From Tabrizicola sp. (GTDB taxonomy: Bacteria; Pseudomonadota; Alphaproteobacteria; Rhodobacterales; Rhodobacteraceae): DNA of 56,477 bases. The notes below the pieces were generated by a model. That model was not told the origin of the DNA. It worked only from the letters and a program-made list of their open reading frames with translations, and did no database searches. Positions 49,739 to 56,477 of the stretch are shown here, piece by piece (position 1 is the first letter of the stretch; each line of letters opens with the position of its first letter). The position numbers and the translations under genes are program-made. The stretch lies in NCBI GenBank assembly GCA_012032275.1, contig JAAURK010000001.1, positions 1 to 56,477 of the forward strand, written 5' to 3'.

Positions 49739-49803
49739 ACTTGGCTCCTCTTAGCCCTATAATTCCCGCCTATCTATGTTGCTTGGCAACGGGCAGCGCG
49801 TGA
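48769..49803 (+). CDS. IS481-family transposase (integrase core)
   Basis: HTH, then GFFHIDIAEV...LFVGIDRTAKF...LTDNGIQF...HPWTNGQVERMN. The ORF reads through the inferred right end. Confidence 0.85.
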   Translation: MEGSTIGQVRHGSATTTHAVRAAIQRSQASLAQLSRELGINPKTVAKWRKRATVEDLKTGPKEPRSTVLTEEEEAAIVAFRRHTLLPLDDCLYALQPSIPHLTRSALHRCLQRHGISHLPDVAGDKPQRQKFKRYPIGFFHIDIAEVQTAEGKLYLFVGIDRTAKFAVAQLVATADRKTAWEFLQHMLEAVPYQVHTILTDNGIQFAEQPRNRNTIYSRPMRFDMIREANGIEHRLTKPNHPWTNGQVERMNCTIKEATVKRFHYDSHDQLRTHLTDFLAAYNFARPLKTLGGLTPYEYICKVWTSEPDRFILDPIHQMPGLNNLAPLSPIIPAYLCCLATGSA

Positions 49804-49838
49804 ACGCTGTTGTCGCCGAGCTGCTTCCAACGACATTT

Positions 49839-51032
49839 TCACCTTGATGGCAGGCTAAGGCCATGCTCCCCCAGAACATCGCGATTTGATTGTCCCAGTT
49901 TCTCGACGGCTTGAACGGTGTCCGCGCGCGTGGCGTTCATGCGGAACGGCAGCCCCGGCACCGCAGGTCTGCCGGTTCCGGGATCAAGCAGGAATTTGCG
50001 CGCTGCGACATCGGACATGGCCAAAGCCTCGGGCAGTGTGCGCACGCGGGCGGCAGGCACGCCTGCCGCGATCAGTCTGCGCTCCCATTCATCGGCAGAT
50101 TTCAGCGCAAGAGTTGCGACAAGCTCTTGTGCCAGTGCCGCGCCGTGCTGGTCGCGTGCTGTCGGCGTGGCAAAGCGTTCGTCCGTCAGCCAGTCGGTTC
50201 GACGCAGCACCTGAGCCAATGCTGCAAACTGCGCCTCCTCGTTCACGCCAAGGCTGAGCAGACCTTCGCGGCAGGGAAATGTTCCTGCAGAGGGACTACG
50301 GCTGTTTGCCTCGTTGCCGCGCGGCTGTGGCATGTTGCCTGTCATCAGGTGGTCTGTGACGGTAGAACTCATCAAGGTGAAGGCCGTTTCCAGCATAGAC
50401 ACATCGACGAAGGCACCTTGGCCTGTCTGCGTTCGCTGGAACAGCGCCGCCGCGATAGCAAAGCCAGCGGCAAGGGCCACGGAATAGTCGATGACCGGCG
50501 CCCCGGCCCTTAGCGGCCCCGTCTCGGCCGTGCCCGTCAGCGACATCAGGCCCGAGGCAGCCTGAATGTTCACATCATAGGCCGGTGCATTCTCAAAGGG
50601 GCCGCCACGGCCATAGCCGGTCAAGGCGCAATGGATAAGGCGGGGGTTCAGCGCCTGCAATCGCCCGAACTCCAGTCCCAGACGGGCAAGCGTGGCGGGG
50701 CGGTGGTTTTCGACCAGCACGTCGGCATCACGCAGCAAACCGTCCATGTCAGCCCGCCCGCCGGGCGTTTCAAGGTCGATCGCGACCGACCGCTTACCCG
50801 CACCTTGCGTCAGATAAGCGGTGCTCATCCCCTTGGCCGCGCGCGCCTTGTCGGTGCCGCCGCGATGGCGCATGGCATCGCCGCGGCCGGGACGCTCTAC
50901 CTTCACCACATCAGCGCCCAGCAGGCCCAGATAATAGGCACAGGCCGGTCCGGCCAGCACATGGGTAAAGTCGATCACCCGGATACCATCAGAGGGCCGC
51001 TCATGCTTCGGCCTGCTGCGCTGCGCGGGCAT
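49839..51032 (-). CDS. CaiB/BaiF family (class III) CoA-transferase
   Basis: IRVIDFTHVLAGPACAYYLGLLGADVVKVERP. The start is uncertain (51032 or 51098). Confidence 0.8.
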   Translation of the reverse strand: MPAQRSRPKHERPSDGIRVIDFTHVLAGPACAYYLGLLGADVVKVERPGRGDAMRHRGGTDKARAAKGMSTAYLTQGAGKRSVAIDLETPGGRADMDGLLRDADVLVENHRPATLARLGLEFGRLQALNPRLIHCALTGYGRGGPFENAPAYDVNIQAASGLMSLTGTAETGPLRAGAPVIDYSVALAAGFAIAAALFQRTQTGQGAFVDVSMLETAFTLMSSTVTDHLMTGNMPQPRGNEANSRSPSAGTFPCREGLLSLGVNEEAQFAALAQVLRRTDWLTDERFATPTARDQHGAALAQELVATLALKSADEWERRLIAAGVPAARVRTLPEALAMSDVAARKFLLDPGTGRPAVPGLPFRMNATRADTVQAVEKLGQSNRDVLGEHGLSLPSR

Positions 51033-52509
51033 CGCGGCGATGACTGCGGATGCGGAAGGCAAGCGCCGCAAGTCCCAGAAGCACGAACCCAAGTGCAACC
51101 GGGCGCTGCACGAAGATCAGCGCGCCCGCATCGGACAAGAGGAGCGACTGGCGGAACGTCTCTTCGGCCCCGGCAGAAAGGACAAAGGCGATGACGAAGG
51201 CCGCCGGGTTGAAATCAAGCCGCCGCATCGCCCAGCCGAGCAACCCGGCACCGACCATGACGTAGACGTCGAAAAGATTTCCCCGCGCACTGTAGGCGGC
51301 GACAAAGCAGGTCAGGAACACGCAAGGGTATAGCCAGCGCGTCGGCACGCGGGCCAGATGGCGGCCAAGCAAGGCCGCACCGAAATAGCCGATGATCCCA
51401 TACATCGCGATGCCCACAAGACCGGCGGCAAACAGTGAATAGACCAGATCGCGCGAAGTCAGGAACAGCGTTGGCCCGATCTGGATGCCGTGGATCAGAA
51501 ACACCCCCATCAAAATCGCCCCGATGGTCGAGCCGGGAATGCCGAGCGTCAGAAGCGGCGCCATCGACGGCCCGCTGACCGCGTTGTTGGCGGCCTCGGG
51601 TGCGGCGACGCCTTCCAGCGCGCCCTTACCCCACTCTGCCGCGTTTGCAGCCCGGCGCTTGCCCTCGCCATAGGCGACGAAGGCGGCGATGGCCGAGCCG
51701 AGGCCGGGCAGCATGCCGATGAAAGCGCCGATGAAAGAGGACCGCACCACATGCGGCAGGCAGGGCCGGTACTCGGCCCAGGTCAGCCACGCAAGCGACG
51801 GGTCGCGCCCCGCCTCGGGCAGCGGCGGCAGCGCTTCGTCCTTGCGGGACAGTTGGTCGAACACCTCGCCCAGCACGAAAATGCCAATCATCAGCGGCAC
51901 AAGGTTGAACCCGTTCGTCAGCTCGAATGCACCAAAGGTAAAGCGGGGCACACCTGTGATCGGGTCAAAGCCGACCTGGCTGATCAGCATGCCCAGTGCT
52001 GCCGAGGCGATGCCCTTGGCGACAGATTTGCCGATGACAGAGCCGATGATGACGAAGGCCGCAAAGTAGATTGCGAACAGCTCTGGCGGGCCAAGGCGCA
52101 GCGCCAGCGCCGCGATCCAGCCGACGAAAAGGATCAGGAGGAGATCACCGATGAAATCACCGATCACCGATGATACAGTTGCAACCTTCATCGCCTTCCC
52201 GGCCTTCCCCTGCCGCGCCAGCGGATAGCCGTCAAGCTGCGTGGCCGCACTGGCCGCGGTGCCGGGCGTGTTGAACAGGATCGCCGCGATCGAGCCGCCA
52301 TAGCGCCCAGACTTGCCGATCACATAAAGGAAAGCGAGTGCGGCAAGCGGGTCCATATAGAACGTCAGCGGCAATAGCATGGCGATGGCCGCTGAGGCGG
52401 TAAGGCCGGGGATAGCCCCCACAACCATTCCGACAACCGCCGCCAGCAGCACCCAGCCCATCAACGCCGGGCTGGTCAGAACGGTAACGAGACCCGAAAA
52501 AATATCCAC
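51001..52509 (-). CDS. tctA: Tripartite tricarboxylate transporter large permease TctA
   Basis: 502 aa, polytopic. Adjacent to tctB and tctC. Confidence 0.9.
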   Translation of the reverse strand: MDIFSGLVTVLTSPALMGWVLLAAVVGMVVGAIPGLTASAAIAMLLPLTFYMDPLAALAFLYVIGKSGRYGGSIAAILFNTPGTAASAATQLDGYPLARQGKAGKAMKVATVSSVIGDFIGDLLLILFVGWIAALALRLGPPELFAIYFAAFVIIGSVIGKSVAKGIASAALGMLISQVGFDPITGVPRFTFGAFELTNGFNLVPLMIGIFVLGEVFDQLSRKDEALPPLPEAGRDPSLAWLTWAEYRPCLPHVVRSSFIGAFIGMLPGLGSAIAAFVAYGEGKRRAANAAEWGKGALEGVAAPEAANNAVSGPSMAPLLTLGIPGSTIGAILMGVFLIHGIQIGPTLFLTSRDLVYSLFAAGLVGIAMYGIIGYFGAALLGRHLARVPTRWLYPCVFLTCFVAAYSARGNLFDVYVMVGAGLLGWAMRRLDFNPAAFVIAFVLSAGAEETFRQSLLLSDAGALIFVQRPVALGFVLLGLAALAFRIRSHRRDARAAQQAEA

Positions 52510-52967
52510 TACAGCACCGGACTCAGGTCAAGAAGATCAAACCACTGGCCGGATGGCGGGAAAACCCCAAGTGCCCGGAAGAAGGCCAGATGCAGGGCCA
52601 AAGGCACTGCCAAGGCTGCAATCGCCAGGGGCAGCGGACGGCGGATCCCGAAGAGCCAGAGTGTGGGCGGCACGATGGCCGCGGTCGAGATCAGAAACCC
52701 GACGCGTCCCATCAGCCAGACATAAAGCGTGGCAAGCAGCGCCAAAAGCACAACCGGGATTACCGGCGCACCGGGCATCAGGCTTCGCTCTGCCGTGCGG
52801 CGCGCCTCCGCCAGCCCGGCAAAGGCCATCGTGCCCGCCGCCATCAGCGGAAAAAGCCGCGCACCCCAATCGCCGCCGGGGCCAAGCGGAATGAACAGCG
52901 CTGATGCAGCGGCGGCGAGCCCGAGAAGCGCAAGCCCGCCGCCCACGACCGGGGAGGTCGGTCGCAT
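52509..52967 (-). CDS. tctB: Tripartite tricarboxylate transporter small subunit TctB
   Basis: 152 aa with 4 TM helices. Stop and start overlap with tctA. Confidence 0.75.
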   Translation of the reverse strand: MRPTSPVVGGGLALLGLAAAASALFIPLGPGGDWGARLFPLMAAGTMAFAGLAEARRTAERSLMPGAPVIPVVLLALLATLYVWLMGRVGFLISTAAIVPPTLWLFGIRRPLPLAIAALAVPLALHLAFFRALGVFPPSGQWFDLLDLSPVL

Positions 52968-52971
52968 CGCC

Positions 52972-53928
52972 CTAGCCCTCGGCTTTCAGTTCCGCCATCA
53001 GCACCTCGGTATCAGCCTTCAGGGCGCGCAGCTTGGCTTCGGCCTCGGCACCCGTCAGGAATTCGGGCACATTTCCCTGCACGCGCATCAGTTCGGCGAA
53101 TTGCGCGGTGGCCGTGATCTGGCGCAGCGCATCCTCCATGCCCGCGACCACATCGTCGGGCGTGTCCTTCGGCGCAAAGGCGACGATGGGAGAGCTGACC
53201 GCGTTGTAGGGAAAGCCCTGTTCATCAGCCGTCGGCACATCGGCTATGATCCCGTCGCGGTCAGGCGCAAGGATGGCCAGCACGCGCAGCTCGTTCTCGA
53301 ACCCCGCCGCCTGCTGGATGCCGACAACGCCGAAATCAACCTGCGCACCGATCACCGCTGCGCGGGTTGGCCCGCCGCCCTGGAACGGCACATCGGTCGC
53401 CTGCAGCCCGTGGGCGTTGAGAAAGCTCTGCCCTGCTACGTGATGCGCCCCACCGCGCCCGTTATGTGCCCAACGCAAGCCGCCGGGGGTCGCCTTCGCA
53501 CCCTCGACGAAATCGGCGAGCGTCTGGAACGGGCTGTCCTTCGGCACCAGGATCGCGGGATCCAGATCGCCGATCTGGGCGATGATGCGGAAATCCTCCA
53601 AGGGGTCGACCGGCGTGTCGCGCAGCATCGTCGTCAGCAGGAACGACCCGGCCGATGTGATCATGATCGTCTCGCCATCTGGCCGCGCCGCCGCCGCCTC
53701 GACAGCGCCGGTTATGCCGCCCGCGCCTTCCTTGTTCGTCACGATCATCGGCACCGGCACGATTCCCTCGGCCGCCGCCGCCACTGCCCTGGCAAATGCG
53801 TCAGTGCCGCCACCTGCGGCATAGGGAAGAATGATGTTGACGGGCCGCTGCGGCGCCCATTCTGCGCGCACGGCACCCGGAATGGCCAGCACCAATCCTG
53901 TAGTCATCAGAAACGATCTGCGGTTCAT
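52972..53928 (-). CDS. tctC: TctC/Bug-family periplasmic substrate-binding protein
   Basis: 318 aa with a Tat-like or Sec signal. Contains the Bug family motif PYAAGGGTDAFAR. Confidence 0.85.
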   Translation of the reverse strand: MNRRSFLMTTGLVLAIPGAVRAEWAPQRPVNIILPYAAGGGTDAFARAVAAAAEGIVPVPMIVTNKEGAGGITGAVEAAAARPDGETIMITSAGSFLLTTMLRDTPVDPLEDFRIIAQIGDLDPAILVPKDSPFQTLADFVEGAKATPGGLRWAHNGRGGAHHVAGQSFLNAHGLQATDVPFQGGGPTRAAVIGAQVDFGVVGIQQAAGFENELRVLAILAPDRDGIIADVPTADEQGFPYNAVSSPIVAFAPKDTPDDVVAGMEDALRQITATAQFAELMRVQGNVPEFLTGAEAEAKLRALKADTEVLMAELKAEG

Positions 53929-54052
53929 GTCGTCCTCCCTTTGCGTTGGGCGCAGTTATCGCTGCGCTTCCGTCTTGATCCTTGATCCTAGCCACTTGCT
54001 TGACTTCGAGGAAACGCAAATAAACGAATACAACTTGCAAGGAATCGAAGAC

Positions 54053-54949
54053 ATGAACATCCGCGCCCTTCGCGTCTTCACGTCCATCATGGACGAAAGC
54101 ACGCTCTCCCGTGCAGCAGCGCGCCTTCATATGAGCGAGTCCGCTGCGAGCAGGCAGCTACAGCTTCTTGAGCATTCATTGAAAGCAGTCCTGTTCGCGC
54201 GCAACCGCAAGCGTCTGGAACCGACTGCGGCAGCCGAAGCACTGTTACCCGATGCCCTCCGGATTTTGTCACAGATTGACAGTTTGCCAGCTTTGGTCGA
54301 AGCCGTCGGCAAGGAAAAATCGCGCCCCTTGCGTATCGTTTGCCACGCCCGTGTACTGAATGCGCTGGTCCTTCCTGCGATCGTGCGCCTGATGGATGCC
54401 GTTCCAGGCATCGCAATAAAACTTGACCTGCAGCCGCGGCGTGACCTTGGCCGACGGATGATGCAGGGCCTTTTCGACATTGGCGTCTCGGCCTTGCCCA
54501 GTCCGACCGACGGTCTTGACCCCATCATTCTTGGAAATTCACCGCTTGGCGTTCTGGTGGCGAAGGGTCACGCGCTCGCCACGGCCAAGTTTGTCACAAC
54601 ATCGGATATCGCGCCCTTACCCTACATCGCGCTTGATGACACAACGGTCATCCGCCGCATGATCGACGCGACTCTCGAAGCCAATGGGCAAAGACTGCGT
54701 GTTGTCTGCGAGGTCGCAACCGGCGACGCGGCCTACCGCCTCGTGCGGGCCGGCCAAGGCTTCACCTTTGCAGATAAGATCGCCCTGGACCCGGAACTTG
54801 ACGGTCTTGTCTTGATTCCATGGACCCAGCCGCCGGATGTCAGCTACGGCCTTTTCCTTGGACAACCGACCAAGCATCCCGCCGTCCCAATGGCAGTCGA
54901 GATTTTGCGTGCAGTATTTGAACGGCAGGCTTTGGCAAGCGCCAACTAA
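54053..54949 (+). CDS. LysR-family transcriptional regulator
   Basis: MNIRALRVFTSIMDESTLSRAAARLHMSESAASRQLQLLE. Divergent from tctCBA. Confidence 0.85.
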   Translation: MNIRALRVFTSIMDESTLSRAAARLHMSESAASRQLQLLEHSLKAVLFARNRKRLEPTAAAEALLPDALRILSQIDSLPALVEAVGKEKSRPLRIVCHARVLNALVLPAIVRLMDAVPGIAIKLDLQPRRDLGRRMMQGLFDIGVSALPSPTDGLDPIILGNSPLGVLVAKGHALATAKFVTTSDIAPLPYIALDDTTVIRRMIDATLEANGQRLRVVCEVATGDAAYRLVRAGQGFTFADKIALDPELDGLVLIPWTQPPDVSYGLFLGQPTKHPAVPMAVEILRAVFERQALASAN

Positions 54950-55246
54950 CCCACTTACTGCGCATTGCATCCGAAACCTGGTACGCCTTCCTCGACGATT
55001 TCGTCGATGATGCAGAACTCGTCGCCCGCATCAAGGCACAGTTACCGCGGGAACAACCGGTAGGTTACAGTTCCTTGGGCATGATCTCATCTTCGTGTCA
55101 CGAAACCGGCAACATCTCAATTACTATCTATTGGAACACCAAGCAACTCTGGGCAAGCAGGCAACAGCTGACGTCGCGCCAGTCTGGACCGCTCGCCAAA
55201 CCTTGTGGCACACATCACAAAGCTCGGGTGGGCTCACTTTTTAGAA

Positions 55247-55590
55247 CACACGACCGGTGCGATCCTGCGCCGCATCACTGAAACGCTACTCTCAACATCG
55301 GCTCTCAAGGCTCGCGACGATCATCCTCAAAGGGATCGCCTGGAAGGACGGCTGTAGCGGGCTCGAGCGCGAGATGGCTGCGTTCAAGTTGGCGCATCTT
55401 GCCGAGAAGATGGGGGTGTCACGGCAGCATCTGACGGGGTTGCTGGTCGAAGTAGCAACCTCTGGTTTGGCGTTGGCCCGATGGAAGCCCAATGGCAAGT
55501 TTGCGCCTTGGCTCTTCAGGTTCGGGCGGTAAGAGGATACCGACGCGCCACCAGATGTCGTGTCAGCCTCAGGCGACACATCCCGCTCTA
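55247..55590 (+). pseudogene. Truncated paralog of the 13147-13992 wHTH gene
   Basis: Roughly 75-80% nucleotide identity by eye to 13155-13500. IAWKDGCSGLEREMAAFKLAHLAEKMGVSRQHLTGLL...KPNGKFAPWLFRFG. Similarity stops at CTAG (55587-55590), where IS5 sequence begins. Confidence 0.55.
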
Positions 55591-56115
55591 GCACCGCGCG
55601 GCTTCGAGCCTGCGGGTGAAAAAGGGGCGGCCGACGACAAGCTCGGGCGTCTGATTGGGCGGACGAAGGGCGGGCTGAACACCAAGCTGCATGCCGTGAC
55701 CGATGCCAAAGGACAGCCCCTGAAGTTCTTCACGACCGCAGGTCAGGTCAGCGACTACACCGGTGCAACCGCCCTGCTGGGCAGTCTGCCCGCTGCCGAA
55801 TGGATGATTGCCGACCGAGGCTATGACGCCGACTGGTTCCGGGGTGCGTTGAAAGACAAGGGGATAAAGCCCTGCATCCCAGGCCGGAAGTCTCGCGGCA
55901 AGGCCGTCCGCTACGACAGGCGCCGCTACAAGCGCCGCAACCGCATCGAGATAATGTGCGGCAGGTTGAAGGACTGGTGCCGCATCGCAACCCGCTACGA
56001 CAGATGTGCGAAGTCCTCCCTCTCCGCCGTCGCCCTCGCTGCGACCGTCATGTTCTGGCTTGGACGATCAATGAGCCTGGAGCCTAGCAGTGCACGAGCG
56101 AGCTGCTGTGGCTAG
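55590..56115 (+). pseudogene. 5'-truncated IS5-family (IS427-group) transposase
   Basis: Begins mid-gene at HRAASSLRVKKGG. After a -1 change at GAAAAAGGGG it continues LGRLIGRTKGGLNTKLHAVTD...DRGYDADWFR...YKRRNRIEIMCGRLKDW. Confidence 0.7.
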
Positions 56116-56376
56116 AGAAATTCAGCCTTAACCTGGACTTGCCCACGCGTTGTGAAGAGCGTCCACCTCACTTCGCGGGGTTTTCGCTCGAAAGCGATGA
56201 GAATCTGGAGGCCGTTCTCTGAATGCCGCCTGACGGGTTGAAAGGCTGCGCGAAAGCTCTTGATCGTCATCCATCCACAGAAATGCCGATATCCGAAATG
56301 CGGGTATGCCCTTAGGGTCAGGACCCATTGATCTTGCCCTTGCAGCGTGTTTCAGCCTCCGCAAGGAGACTGAACG

Positions 56377-56477
56377 ATGAGCAACCTTTTCTGGCTGACC
56401 GAGGCGCAGATGGCGCGGCTGCAGCCCTTCTTTCCCAAGAGCCACGGCAAGCCGCGCGTCGATGACCGGCGGGTGTT
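56377..56477 (+). CDS. IS5-family (IS427-group) transposase, 5' part only (runs off the window)
   Basis: Hand translation gives MSNLFWLTEAQMARLQPFFPKSHGKPRVDDRRV, preceded by GGAGA. Confidence 0.6.
   Translation, partial: MSNLFWLTEAQMARLQPFFPKSHGKPRVDDRRV

Noticed and set aside
56128-56445. 105-aa minus-strand ORF between the IS5 copies
   Set aside because: It overlaps the start of the IS5 transposase on the opposite strand. It has no motifs and is probably IS-end or flank sequence.
1-56477. CRISPR arrays, rRNA/tRNA genes, and defence-type nuclease or helicase systems
   Set aside because: I found no regularly spaced direct repeats, no rRNA or tRNA signatures, and no ORF with restriction, Cas, Abi or toxin-antitoxin hallmarks on either strand.

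Overview
A ~65% GC, alphaproteobacterial-looking (Rhodobacterales/Paracoccus-like) accessory or plasmid-type segment made of five modules. (1) 352-11760, minus strand: a complete VirB-type type IV secretion locus (virB1-virB11) with extra genes, including a VirB5-like/lytic-transglycosylase chimera. It is followed by small secreted proteins and a wHTH gene (11.9-14.0 kb). (2) 14.5-18.0 kb: an ABC importer plus a DUF1636 gene behind a cobalamin riboswitch. (3) 18.1-29.0 kb: a zinc-starvation island. It carries two nearly identical AT-rich Zur-box-like palindromes, three COG0523 GTPases, a DUF1826-like gene, a hisI paralog, zur, znuCBA, an FAD oxidoreductase, a WD40 protein and two small uncharacterised proteins. 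Eleven of these genes form one translationally coupled minus-strand string. (4) 30.9-37.5 kb: a copper-handling operon (DUF2946-like, MbnP, MbnH, YcnI, PepSY, CopC-CopD, TrmO-like). (5) 37.7-56.5 kb: a mobile-element scrapyard (Mu-like transposase split by IS630, IS66 inside an ISKra4-like remnant, IS481, IS5 fragments) interleaved with an RND efflux pair plus TetR and a TctCBA/LysR/CoA-transferase cluster. At least 11 otherwise intact genes are each broken by one frame change. All 11 are in the same direction (equivalent to a 1-nt deletion) and several sit at short homopolymers. I read this as most likely a consensus-sequence artefact, so I give full-span coordinates for those genes. The most novel-looking biology is the uncharacterised tail of the Zur operon (WD40 + CHEPGC protein + 109-aa mini COG0523-like protein). 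All functional calls come from reading motifs in the translations by eye; no database search was possible.
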